The notes: a model not told the origin generated them from the letters alone. Positions 10,335 through 20,348 are shown, counted from the first letter of the stretch. The stretch is DNA of 41,801 nt from Solobacterium sp. (GCA_017539825.1 JAFYCG010000313.1:1-41801); one strand, 5' to 3'. A program made the numbers and translations.

Positions 10335-11810
10335 TTATTCCTGTCTGAGGTAAGTTACGGTTACAGTTACTGTAAATGTCGCCGTGTTGCCGGCATATCT
10401 TCCCATGTCTTCGCTTACAATAATATCGAAAGAAGTCTGATAGCCATTCTCTAAAGTTATAGATACAGTTTCATACCCTTCGTCAGGTGATTTATCTCTT
10501 TCTGTGATCGCCATTCCAACTGTAATAGAGCTTCCGGGTTCACCCGGCACTTCGAATCCATCGTGTACAGCTTCGTTATTATAATAACGCTCATAGCTCC
10601 AGTCATTTCCTACATGGTTATTGCTTTGCATTCTGGCGGACATATTGATACGGTATACATTTGTGACGTATTCACTCAAATCGTTTTTTGCTGACTGTAA
10701 ACGCGTTACAGCTGAATCAACTTCTTCTTGTGTAACGTTATCATTGCTAAGAATTGTGGATGATGATTTAACTTCGGCAATCAGCGCATCATATCCTGTC
10801 TTATAATTGTTTTCATCTAGTTGATTACACTCATCGATCAGATTTTTCAATACAGTTTTATCTGCTTTTTCCACCAGAAGAGTTTCAATTGACTTCATTG
10901 CCTGGACCTGTTTGTCCACTTCATCCTGGCTGATATTTTCGTCATCGATCAATTCTTTTGCATTCTGAATTTCCTTATCAAAACTTTTAATGGACGATGA
11001 TGTATATTCGTCGAGCGAGTAGTTTGTATATTTGTTGTATAATTCGACAAGCTTGGTTTTGTCTGCTTTCAAAGTCAGCAAAAGATAAGCATCTGTAATG
11101 TCGGCTTCAGCATCATCCACTTCTTTTTTTGTGGCGTTTTCGTCTTCATAAATTACCTGCACTTTTGAGATAGCAGATTTAAAGTCTTCTACTGAATTTG
11201 GTGTAAATGTTGAAATATCATATTCATTCGCTTTATTTATTTCAGACAACAAAGTTGTCTTGTCTGGGATTGGCTCCAATGAATCGTATGATGACAATAA
11301 AGCATCAATATATGAAAGCTTTTCCTCAACACTCAAAAAAATCTCATTTTTCTGCGCTTCGGCCTCCTCAAGATCATGTATATATTGATCGTACGTTTCC
11401 GGAGTATAGTCAGAGGAACTGACCTCCATATTTTCGTATGATTCAATCATTGAACGGTACGTTGTCTGTTCACCATTAATATTCAAAGGTTTAAAAAACA
11501 GATATCCATAGTAAGCTATACATGCCACTACGCATCCAATGCAGGTTTTCAAAAGGTTCTTTTTTGTGAATACGACCACCTTTCTCATTGCTTTGCCGGC
11601 ATTTTCTTTCATTTCGAGCTGATGATCATATGATTTTTGCAGCTCAGCAATTTCTTGATCAAGTGCAACAATCCTTTTTTTCAACCTATCGATTTTTTTG
11701 TTATTTTTGAACAAAAAAACTTTCTCTTCTTCTTTTTCACATTGCTTTATAAGCAATTCCAAAGCAATTTCCTTTTCTTCGATTTCCTTTTTTAGTTTGA
11801 AAACATTCAT
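10335..11810 (-). CDS. Membrane-anchored protein with N-terminal coiled coil and FIVAR-like helical repeats
   Basis: TM segment CIGCVVACIAYYGYLFF. Repeats of (A/P)DKTxL...YTxxS...AT/ISQxEVD. Beta-rich C-terminus NNHVGNDWSY. ATG at 11810 follows AGGTG; the ORF track starts at GTG 11819. Confidence 0.7.
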   Translation of the reverse strand: MNVFKLKKEIEEKEIALELLIKQCEKEEEKVFLFKNNKKIDRLKKRIVALDQEIAELQKSYDHQLEMKENAGKAMRKVVVFTKKNLLKTCIGCVVACIAYYGYLFFKPLNINGEQTTYRSMIESYENMEVSSSDYTPETYDQYIHDLEEAEAQKNEIFLSVEEKLSYIDALLSSYDSLEPIPDKTTLLSEINKANEYDISTFTPNSVEDFKSAISKVQVIYEDENATKKEVDDAEADITDAYLLLTLKADKTKLVELYNKYTNYSLDEYTSSSIKSFDKEIQNAKELIDDENISQDEVDKQVQAMKSIETLLVEKADKTVLKNLIDECNQLDENNYKTGYDALIAEVKSSSTILSNDNVTQEEVDSAVTRLQSAKNDLSEYVTNVYRINMSARMQSNNHVGNDWSYERYYNNEAVHDGFEVPGEPGSSITVGMAITERDKSPDEGYETVSITLENGYQTSFDIIVSEDMGRYAGNTATFTVTVTVTYLRQE

Positions 11811-12113
11811 ATCTTTCACCTAACCTGTATATATCTAAAAAATCTACAACTTAAATAAAGATTTTACATAACCACATGTCGATAATTCTGTAATTTTTTG
11901 AGAATGCCGGTCAATAGTATTTTTATCAAAGTACATCCCTTATATTGAATTGATCCATTTAAATCTAATACTCTATTGACTTTCGTTTTTTATTCTACAC
12001 ACTTCATACAGATAAATGCAATAAAAACAGACTGTACGGAATATAATTAAGAATTTCAGCTGTCATGGCTTCTTCTTTATATTTACACACATATACCATA
12101 TCTTTTATGTTAA

Positions 12114-12151
12114 TAAAAAACCGACTTCATAGAAATCTATTAAAGCCGGTT
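12114..12151 (-). terminator. Terminator of the phnCEE-nucleotidase-P-loop operon
   Basis: Minus-strand ACCGGCTTTAATAG-ATTT-CTATGAAGTCGGT imperfect stem followed by a T-run. Confidence 0.7.
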
Positions 12152-12180
12152 ATTTAGAGTGTTTCCGATACATCCCTAAA

Positions 12181-13152
12181 TTATTTCTTATAATTTTCCC
12201 ACATGGTATCTGTAGCAGTCTGAATAGCTTCAGTTACTTCTTTTACCAGTGTTTCATCCCAGGTTTCTTTATCGCCTCTTAAGAAGGATGTTTTATCGAT
12301 TCTGTTATCGAATACACCGATCGGCAGATAATATGTTTTTCCATATGCATTAACTGTGATTGTATCTGCTTTATCCGTATGTTCTCTAAGATATGCCATA
12401 TCATCACAACCGTAATCTCCAAGCATGACAGACATCGGCACGCCATGGAAGAGGTTGGAACCCGGATCATCCGGATTCGCTCTTGCATTGTTCTTTCTTC
12501 TGGATTCTTCAGGTGTTACCCAGATATAGAGAATGACTGCATTTTCAAGAATCTCAGGGCAGAACTGCGGGAAGGAATACTGATATCCATAAGCACCTGT
12601 TAACGGCATGGATGAACCATCCGGTCCGCCTCTTGCACATTCAATAATGATGGTTTTGTTTTCAAAGGATTCAGGATACTGTGCATTTTTTTCTTCCAGC
12701 ATTTTTCCTGCTTCCTCTTCCAGTGCTTCACAAACCTGTTTGCGGATTGCAGGATCCAACAGGCTGTTTCTCGGCGGAAGACCTACCGCAAGAGAAGCTC
12801 TGTCTATTCTTTCCATCAGGTATTCTGCAGCACTATCCGGCTTTACGATATTTCTGTTGATGAGATCTTTATAATCTTCATTTAACAGCTGGCACAATGT
12901 GCCCCAGTCTCTGTTATCGTTGAACGGATCTTCACCAGGATAATAGATTCTCGGCTGATTTAATTTGACCAGCTGATTATCAATCTGTCGCATCATATGA
13001 ACATACGGGAAATCATCCAGCTGCAGATTTTCGCCGATATGGAAATCTTTCTGCAGTCTTTCCGGTTCAATGTTTGCCATGAAGTTTCTTACTTCTGATT
13101 TTCCGCTTGCAGGTAAAGCAACAAGCAGGATTGTGTTAAATACATTGCTCAT
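12181..13152 (-). CDS. Uncharacterised P-loop NTPase, nucleoside/nucleotide-kinase-like
   Basis: N-terminal Walker A ALPASGKS. Later IIIECARGG and ILYIWVTPEESRRKNNAR, resembling the strand+lid region of NMP/dNK-type kinases. Confidence 0.6.
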   Translation of the reverse strand: MSNVFNTILLVALPASGKSEVRNFMANIEPERLQKDFHIGENLQLDDFPYVHMMRQIDNQLVKLNQPRIYYPGEDPFNDNRDWGTLCQLLNEDYKDLINRNIVKPDSAAEYLMERIDRASLAVGLPPRNSLLDPAIRKQVCEALEEEAGKMLEEKNAQYPESFENKTIIIECARGGPDGSSMPLTGAYGYQYSFPQFCPEILENAVILYIWVTPEESRRKNNARANPDDPGSNLFHGVPMSVMLGDYGCDDMAYLREHTDKADTITVNAYGKTYYLPIGVFDNRIDKTSFLRGDKETWDETLVKEVTEAIQTATDTMWENYKK

Positions 13153-13167
13153 AATTGTTTCCTTTTC

Positions 13168-14688
13168 TTACTTTATGATGTTGATGTTGTGGACCGGCGT
13201 AAAATCGATTGTCTGATGTTCCATGATGTATTTCGCTAACAGTTCCACAATATTTGTTAAATCAGTTTTGACGGTAGGGGCATTTCTGATCATGTCAAAT
13301 CCACCGCTTCCGCTTGCTCTGTAGTTGTTAATAACGAGAGTGAATTCCTGATCTTCTGTAACAGGTTCACCATTGTACTTCATTTCTATGATACGTGATC
13401 CCAATGGATTGGATACCTGAACGGTATATTCAATGCCATCGATCATGTCATAGTTGAAGTGCATCGGTGTAGGGGATTCATAGGACTTGTTGACGGCTAT
13501 GCTGCCGTTTTTCAGGGTCCAGTATTCAGCATTCTTTTCCAGATATTCCTTCAGAATTTTACCTGTGACTTTTTTAACAACAAGGGTATTCGGGAAAGTG
13601 TATGTGCTGACAAGATTGCGCATCGTAATATTCTGATCAAAACCTGTTGCACCATTGAATAATGCTGTTCCGGAAATATCTGCTTTTGTGGTTTCCATCT
13701 GTACCATATTCAGGAAGGTAACCATCTGTGATTTGTGCAGTCTTGCATCAAATTCATCCGTTACTTTCAGATCAACATTTGTTGTGCCGAGTGTCTGATC
13801 CAGCCATTCCTGACATTTGTCTTCTTCATCCTGAACAAATGCCATGACTCTTGTATCCGGTTCGGTATCAACTTTGAAAATACGGGGCTCGATTGTATCT
13901 GTATCCGGATAGATATCAATACATGCGATCTCTCTGCCATCCTGTGCCGTCTGTGTATAGCAGGTATTAAAGAGTTTTCCGGATAAGGAACGATGCTGAT
14001 GTCCGGAGATGAGCACGTCAATTCCCTGGATGTTTTTCAGCATGCGATATCCTTCGTTTTCACCGGTATCTTCTTCTGTCAGATAACCAAACTGCAGATC
14101 TCTTTCAAAGCCGCCATGATACAAACATACGATATAATCCGGTTTTTCCAGACTCTTTAATAAAGCTACGGTTTTTTCAGCTGTTTCGTAAGCATCCTGG
14201 AATTTGCAATGACGGATATTTTCTCTTCTTTCCCAATGCGGGATATATTGTGTTACCAGTGCGAAGATGGCAATTCTTTTGCCTGCAACTTCTTTAATGA
14301 CATAAGTCGGTCCGTATTTTTCACCATGGAAACGCCAGTTGGCTGTAATACATGGCGCACCGACATTCTGCAGGTGCATCATGAGTGCTTCTTCACCATA
14401 ACTGAAGTCATGGTTTCCGACATTGATATAATCGTAATGCATTTCCCTCATAACATCCGTCATAGGATTGATGTCATCGGTTTGAAACATATAGTGGTAA
14501 AAGGACAGAGGTGAACCTTCAAGGGTATCACCATTATCCAGAAGGATTGTATTCTCGTCTCTTAAGAGACGGATCATATTGTTGATTCTTGCCAATCCGT
14601 GAAAACGGAATAATTTGTCTGCGTAACTGTACGGATAAATCATGCCGTGCAGATCGGATGTTGCTAAAATACGAATTCTGTCACTCAT
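13168..14688 (-). CDS. Bifunctional metallophosphoesterase/5'-nucleotidase (CpdB/UshA family), no signal peptide
   Basis: Calcineurin-like motifs TSDLHG, DNGD, GNHDF, YHGG and GHQH. C-terminal 5'-nucleotidase domain (YTFPNTL, NNYRASGSGGF). Confidence 0.9.
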   Translation of the reverse strand: MSDRIRILATSDLHGMIYPYSYADKLFRFHGLARINNMIRLLRDENTILLDNGDTLEGSPLSFYHYMFQTDDINPMTDVMREMHYDYINVGNHDFSYGEEALMMHLQNVGAPCITANWRFHGEKYGPTYVIKEVAGKRIAIFALVTQYIPHWERRENIRHCKFQDAYETAEKTVALLKSLEKPDYIVCLYHGGFERDLQFGYLTEEDTGENEGYRMLKNIQGIDVLISGHQHRSLSGKLFNTCYTQTAQDGREIACIDIYPDTDTIEPRIFKVDTEPDTRVMAFVQDEEDKCQEWLDQTLGTTNVDLKVTDEFDARLHKSQMVTFLNMVQMETTKADISGTALFNGATGFDQNITMRNLVSTYTFPNTLVVKKVTGKILKEYLEKNAEYWTLKNGSIAVNKSYESPTPMHFNYDMIDGIEYTVQVSNPLGSRIIEMKYNGEPVTEDQEFTLVINNYRASGSGGFDMIRNAPTVKTDLTNIVELLAKYIMEHQTIDFTPVHNINIIK

Positions 14689-15497
14689 GCCTGTGCTCCT
14701 CTGGCCAGTCTTGATCGAATCTTTGTAGAGAAGTATTCGATAATCAATACGAGAATGATTAATGCGATCAGGAATGCGCCAACGTTAGTCCAACGACTGT
14801 ATGTGATTGCCTGTACGAGAGGGGATCCGATACCACCGGCACCGACAATACCCAATGTAGTGGCATCTTTCAGATTAATGTCGAAACGATAGATAGCTGT
14901 GGAGACAAAGCTTGCACTCAGCTGTGGAAGAATGCCTACACGGATTTTTTCAAATGTATTGCATCCGCATGCATCCAGAGATTCCAGAATACCTGTATCC
15001 AGGTCTTCAATTGCGGTAATATACATTTTGGAAATCATGCCGATGGAACATATTGACTGGGTGACAACACCGCAGAATGCTCCGGGGCCTGTGACTCTGA
15101 TCCATACAAGAGCCCATACCAGGGAAGGAATGGTGCGGATCAGCAGAATTAATGCTCTGAATATATAGGCAATCGGTTTCGGCACGATGTTTGTAGAAGA
15201 TAAGAAACTAATGGGAATCGCCAGAATTGCGCCGAAAATGGTTCCTAATACTGCTATTGCAATTGTCTGCAGGACAAGATAAGGAACACCGGTCTCTGTC
15301 AGATTGAATAAGAATGCCGGATTTGGATGGGTAATACCATGGAGAATACCGGAGGCAACAACAGATCCCTGAGCGGTTATGCCGTTATAGGAAACAGAGT
15401 CGCTTCCCCAGACAACCAGTCCCAGCAATACAAGGAAGAGGACGATACGTTTCCACAGGTTATGAGGTTCTGCCTGTAACTGTTCTATTACTGTCAT
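14685..15497 (-). CDS. phnE: Phosphonate/phosphate-ester ABC transporter permease
   Basis: Motifs RTIPSLVWAL, EAA-like LESLDACG and YRFDINLKDATTLGIVGAGGIG. Confidence 0.9.
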   Translation of the reverse strand: MTVIEQLQAEPHNLWKRIVLFLVLLGLVVWGSDSVSYNGITAQGSVVASGILHGITHPNPAFLFNLTETGVPYLVLQTIAIAVLGTIFGAILAIPISFLSSTNIVPKPIAYIFRALILLIRTIPSLVWALVWIRVTGPGAFCGVVTQSICSIGMISKMYITAIEDLDTGILESLDACGCNTFEKIRVGILPQLSASFVSTAIYRFDINLKDATTLGIVGAGGIGSPLVQAITYSRWTNVGAFLIALIILVLIIEYFSTKIRSRLARGAQA

Positions 15498-15511
15498 CTT
15501 TTCCTCCTTCC

Positions 15512-16360
15512 TTATGAAATCTTTGAACGGATATAGTCGTTCATAAAGTCAATTGCCAATACAACGATAAACAGTGTCAGCAAGACCATGCCCAGATCGT
15601 TATAGGCACGAAGACCTGTTCTTTCACGAATCAGTACACCAAGACCACCGGCACCGACGTAACCGAGGATGGAAGATGCACGTACATTCAACTCGAAACA
15701 ATATAAGCAGTCATCAATATATGTCGGCAGAATCTGCGGCATGCATGCAGCCCAGAAAGCCTGTAATGTTGTGGCACCGAAGGAAACCATTGCTTCATAT
15801 GGTTTCATATCAATTGTTTCGATGCTCTCATATAACATTTTGGCAACAATACCGACGGTAAATATGACAATTGCAAGCGTACCTGCGAAGGTACCCAGAC
15901 CAAAGACCAGCGCTAAGACAGAAGCGTAGATCAGTGTCGGAACAGAACGCATAATGGAAAGAATGAAACGGCATACCAGCAGGCTTGGCTTATTTCTGTT
16001 GATGTTTGTGGAAGCCATTATGGATAAAGGCAATCCGATCAGACAGCCAATGATTGTACCGATGATGGACATCTTGATTGTTTCAATCAATGGTTTGATA
16101 ACCTTCGGGAAATAAGCAAACTTCGGATGGAAGATCTTTCCGAGGATAACCGGCAATTCTTTTGCTCTGCGAATGATAATGCCAAAATCAAATCCTGTCA
16201 TTTTCATGGAAATGATGATGACAACCGCTAAGCAGATCAGAATCAGAGGCATCCTGCTCTTCGGACGATCTACTGTATGTCCGTTGTCCAATACGATGTG
16301 TTCCGGCTTGAAAATCCGATCAAACAGCTTTGTCTTTTTCTCAAGTTTAGAATCAGCCAT
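15512..16360 (-). CDS. phnE: Phosphonate/phosphate-ester ABC transporter permease
   Basis: Motifs RSVPTLIYA, KMLYESIE and FELNVRASSILGYVGAGGLG. Confidence 0.9.
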   Translation of the reverse strand: MADSKLEKKTKLFDRIFKPEHIVLDNGHTVDRPKSRMPLILICLAVVIIISMKMTGFDFGIIIRRAKELPVILGKIFHPKFAYFPKVIKPLIETIKMSIIGTIIGCLIGLPLSIMASTNINRNKPSLLVCRFILSIMRSVPTLIYASVLALVFGLGTFAGTLAIVIFTVGIVAKMLYESIETIDMKPYEAMVSFGATTLQAFWAACMPQILPTYIDDCLYCFELNVRASSILGYVGAGGLGVLIRERTGLRAYNDLGMVLLTLFIVVLAIDFMNDYIRSKIS

Positions 16361-17138
16361 TCTCTTGTACCTCTGTTTTTACATCGGTAGACTTTGGAAT
16401 TGCTTTGCCGTTATATACCTGATCCAGAACATCCTGGGTGACATTTTCCGTAGGTCCGTCATAGACAATCTGTCCTGCTCTGACACCGATGACTCTGCTT
16501 GCATATTTCAAAGCCAGGTCAACATGGTGAATATTCAACAGAATGGAAATATTCATCTCTTTATTGATCTTAGCGAAGTCGCTCATGACGACATCAGCCA
16601 TAATCGGGTCAAGGGAAGCACCCGGTTCATCGGCAAGAATGATGGAAGGATTCTGTGCCAGTGTTCTTGCAAGGGCTACTCTCTGCATCTGTCCGCCGGA
16701 TAATTCATCACAACGGTGATAGGCTTTGTCGAGAATGTTTACCTTATCCAAGGCTTCCAAAGCTCTCATCTTCTGCTCTTTAGAATAATAACCGACAAGC
16801 ACCTTATACCATGGCATATCCGGAACGTTGCTGGAAAGAACATTACGGATAACTGTTGCTCTGGATACAAGGTTGAATGACTGGAAGATCATACCGATCT
16901 TTCTGCGGAATTTACGCAGAGCTTTTCCTTTTAGGCTCATGACATCTGTTCCGTCAACAATCAGCTGACCGTCTGTGATGTCAATCATGCGGTTGATCGT
17001 ACGGATCAATGTGGACTTACCCGCACCGGATAAACCGATAATTGCAACGAACTCTCCCTGTTCGATCTGCAGATTTACATGCTGAAGTCCCTTTGTACCA
17101 TTTGGATACACTTTGGATACATCTTTAAATTCAATCAT
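16353..17138 (-). CDS. phnC: Phosphonate ABC transporter ATPase
   Basis: Motifs GLSGAGKST, GMIFQSFNLV, LSGGQMQRVALAR, LADEP and NIHHVDLA. Confidence 0.92.
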   Translation of the reverse strand: MIEFKDVSKVYPNGTKGLQHVNLQIEQGEFVAIIGLSGAGKSTLIRTINRMIDITDGQLIVDGTDVMSLKGKALRKFRRKIGMIFQSFNLVSRATVIRNVLSSNVPDMPWYKVLVGYYSKEQKMRALEALDKVNILDKAYHRCDELSGGQMQRVALARTLAQNPSIILADEPGASLDPIMADVVMSDFAKINKEMNISILLNIHHVDLALKYASRVIGVRAGQIVYDGPTENVTQDVLDQVYNGKAIPKSTDVKTEVQENG

Positions 17139-17192
17139 AGGCGTGTTTCTCCATTTCCCAACTATTGTATCTTATTTGTCTGAAATATTCGA

Positions 17193-17284
17193 CAAAAAAA
17201 GAACTTCCGCGAGATAAATCACGGAGGTTCTTTTCTTTTAAGGGGAAACAATGAATTATTATCACAGATGGTTCTCCATCTGAC
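17193..17284 (-). ncRNA. Candidate ~92-nt small RNA or leader RNA
   Basis: Minus-strand -10 TATATT at 17291-17296. 5' hairpin CAGAUGG-AGAA-CCAUCUG, unpaired AUUCAUUGUUUCCCCUU, then terminator GAACCUCCGUG...CGCGGAAGUUC-U7. Confidence 0.45.
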
Positions 17285-17417
17285 GGAATTAATATAAAAA
17301 ACGTATGTGAAGAATAAACAACTTTTATGTGAATAAAGACTGAACATTACAGATTATCCGAATATTACAACGATAAACATCTGAATATGATATAATTAAG
17401 GATGAAGGTAAAAGAAT

Positions 17418-17738
17418 ATGGATGAGAATCAGAAAAAGGAAGATTGGAATACTTTCGAGTTAGATGAAACGGCAATGATAGCTTTTTCTGAAGAAGATGC
17501 AATGATTCTGTCGGATACAGCTGACGGGAAGGAAGCGGATTATTATACCTCTATGCAATCGATCCTCAAGGATATGGATGCATATGAGAAAGAGAATGAG
17601 AAACTGGAAGAGACTGCAAAACAGGCATTGCTGAAACATGCGGAAAGAGAAGAAGCAGAAGCAGCACCAAAGCCCAAGAAGAAGCGTTCGGTATTCCGTT
17701 CAATGATCCGCCGTATACGCAAACGCTTGAAAAAGTAA
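17418..17738 (+). CDS. Hypothetical protein (acidic body, basic C-terminal tail)
   Basis: 106-aa ORF with GAAGG RBS and an upstream extended -10 (TGATATAAT). Confidence 0.7.
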   Translation: MDENQKKEDWNTFELDETAMIAFSEEDAMILSDTADGKEADYYTSMQSILKDMDAYEKENEKLEETAKQALLKHAEREEAEAAPKPKKKRSVFRSMIRRIRKRLKK

Positions 17739-17800
17739 ATGATTGTAAAACAGGTAACACATATATACACTATTGATTAGGGAAGAAGGAGTTTTTATAA

Positions 17801-19483
17801 ATGATTGAGAAAGCCAACCATGTAAAAAACAGAAAAAGAAGTGTTTTGGTTGTGGATGATGAAGCCATTAACCGGCAGCTCCTTGGTTTCATATTAAGTG
17901 ATGAATATCAGATCATCTATGCTGCTGACGGAGAAGAAGCACTGGATATCATCAATCAGCATAGTAGGACATTATCTTTGATCCTTCTTGATCTGCTGAT
18001 GCCGAAACTCGGTGGCCTGGACCTTTTGAAAATTCTGAAAAAAGATGCAGAATTCAAAAAGATTCCGGTTATAGTACTGACATCAGAAGCCAGTGCAGAA
18101 GTGGAGAGCCTGCGACTGGGTGCTGCGGATTTTATCAAAAAGCCGTATGATGTTCCGGAAGTAATTCTTGCAAGAGTCAGAAGAATCATTGAACTTTCCG
18201 AAGACAGAAGCATTATTCAGGCTGCAGAACACGATGAGCTGACAGGTTTATATACCAAGGAATTCTTCATGGAATATGTCAACCAGATTGATAAATTCGA
18301 AAGTGAAGAATCGATGGATGCGATTGTATTCAATGTCGATCATTTCCATCTGCTGAATGAAATGCTCGGAAGGCAGTATGGAGATCTTGTTTTACAGGAA
18401 ATCGCCAACCTCATTAAGGAGATTCTTTCCACCAACTACGGGGTGGCATGCCGATGTGAAGCGGATACATATCATCTCTACTGCAGGCATTTCAACGATT
18501 ACAGCGTTCTGGAAAAGCTTGAAGATGAATTGATGAAACGTTATGATAAGACACATATTCATTTGCGCATAGGTATTTATCCCGAAGTAGATAAATCTCT
18601 TGAGAAGGAAAAGAGATTTGACCGGGCAAAACTTGCCTGTGATACTTTGCGAAACAATGTCACCAAAAAGTATGCGTTTTACGATAACGATATTCATGAA
18701 AAAGAACTCTTTGAAGAAAGACTGTTCAATGACATGCAGAGAGCATTGGATGAGAAACAGTTTGTACTCTATTATTAGCCTAAATACGATGTAAAAGGAG
18801 ACAAGCCTGTATTAAGCAGTGCGGAAGCATTGATCCGATGGCAGCATCCTGAATTCGGTTTACTGACACCGTTTAAATTTGTACCGATGTTTGAGAAAAA
18901 CGGAATGATACAGAAACTGGACAGACATGTATGGGAACAGGCGGCAAAACAGATTGCATTCTGGAAAGAGAAATACGAAATAACAATACCTGTCTCTGTC
19001 AATGTTTCCCGTATAGATTTATATGATCCCGAGCTGGAAGAAATATTCATGGATATTCTGAAAAAGAATGGGCTGCACTTTTCAGATTATCATCTGGAAA
19101 TCACGGAATCAGTCTATTCTGAAGATACAGACCTGATTATCAATGTCATCAGGAATCTTCGTGAAAAAGGATTCATCATTGAAATGGATGATTTCGGTGC
19201 CGGATATTCATCTTTGGGAATGGTCTCTGTCATGCCTATTGATGTATTGAAACTCGACATGGCTTTTGCGAGAAATGTAGATAAGAATGCAAAGAATTAT
19301 CGCATGGTAGAAATCATGAAGGACATTGCCGGGTTTATGGATGTCAGCGTGATAGCCGAAGGTGTTGAAACAGAAGAACAATATCGATTAATGAAAAAAG
19401 CAGGGTGTGATTATCTGCAGGGATATTATTTCTCCAGACCGGTTCCCCCTGAGGAGTTTGAAAAACTGTTTGAAAGGAAATGA
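17801..19483 (+). pseudogene. REC-degenerate GGDEF-EAL c-di-GMP phosphodiesterase/response regulator interrupted by in-frame TAG at 18776-18778
   Basis: REC motifs VVDD, LLDLLMP and FIKKP. DELTGL is present but GGDEF is replaced by CEADTY. Reads FVLYY*PK, then in frame AEALIRW, LEITES, DDFGAGYSSL and AEGVET. Confidence 0.85.
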
Positions 19484-19830
19484 GAGAAATGTTAACTGTT
19501 GAAAAATTAAAAGCGTATGGTGCAAACACTGAAGAAGCACTATCCAGATGTTTCGGTAAAGAAGCATTTTATCTGCAGCTGGTCAAAATGGCTTATGGAG
19601 ATCAGAACTATGCAAAGCTGGAAGAGTCTTTAAAGGCAAAAGATCTTGATGCTGCATTTGAAGCAGCTCATGCATTAAAAGGCGTATTAGGCAATCTTTC
19701 TCTAACACCTTTATATAATCCGGTCAGTGAAATAACAGAGCTGCTGAGAGCGAAAACTGATATGGATTATACTCCATTGCTGAATGAGATTCTTGAACAG
19801 AAGAAGAAATTTGAGGCTTTGGCAGAGTAA
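19480..19830 (+). CDS. Stand-alone Hpt (histidine phosphotransfer) protein
   Basis: AHALKGVLGNL motif. ATGA overlap with the EAL gene. Confidence 0.88.
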   Translation: MREMLTVEKLKAYGANTEEALSRCFGKEAFYLQLVKMAYGDQNYAKLEESLKAKDLDAAFEAAHALKGVLGNLSLTPLYNPVSEITELLRAKTDMDYTPLLNEILEQKKKFEALAE

Positions 19831-19833
19831 AGG

Positions 19834-19859
19834 AGAAGGATGATCCATCCTTCTTTTTT
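19834..19859 (+). terminator. Intrinsic terminator
   Basis: AGAAGGATG-ATC-CATCCTTCT followed by a T-tract. Confidence 0.8.
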
Positions 19860-19992
19860 GTGCCGAAGGACTTATATTAAGTATACGAAATATATATTTC
19901 AGGATAATGTAGGTGTTTTTCTGAAGTGTTTTTTCTGTGAAAAATCATAAAATCCCATTATTTTCACGTATTTATTTGTTAAGATTAAAGCC

Positions 19993-20340
19993 ATGAAGAA
20001 ATTATTTGTATTATGGGCAGTAAATGCTCTTTCCCTCTGGATTGTTTCAGAGATGATCTCTTCAGTAACCTTCGATGGTACAACACCGCTGGTAATGACA
20101 GCTTTGGCTCTGACTGTATTGAACGGAACAGTCAAACCGGTATTAAAGTTCCTGTCTTTTCCGATCACATTTATGACACTTGGTTTATTCACATTTGTGA
20201 TTAATGCGGTTATTCTGAGTTTTGCTTTTTCACTGACTTCCGGAGCCGGTATCGGAGGCTTCTGGACAGCGTTGATTGCAGGATTTGTGATCAGTGTGAT
20301 TAATCGGATTCTTTCCGGTTATTTTGACGATAAAGATTAA
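19993..20340 (+). CDS. YvlD/4-TMS 'phage holin family' membrane protein
   Basis: LNGTVKPVLKFLSFPITFMTLGLFTFVINA motif and four hydrophobic segments. Confidence 0.85.
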   Translation: MKKLFVLWAVNALSLWIVSEMISSVTFDGTTPLVMTALALTVLNGTVKPVLKFLSFPITFMTLGLFTFVINAVILSFAFSLTSGAGIGGFWTALIAGFVISVINRILSGYFDDKD

Positions 20341-20348
20341 GAGGTTTT

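Noticed and set aside
14685-17138. Phosphonate degradation (C-P lyase) locus
   Set aside because: Only transporter subunits are present, with no phnG-M, phnW or phnX.
18776-18778. Genome-wide TAG-to-Gln recoding
   Set aside because: Only one internal TAG was seen, and MYG1 (35360) and the 54-aa ORF (41407) end on TAG next to terminators.
19993-20340. Prophage, suggested by the 'phage holin family' gene
   Set aside because: This YvlD-type family is a common chromosomal membrane protein, and there are no other phage genes.
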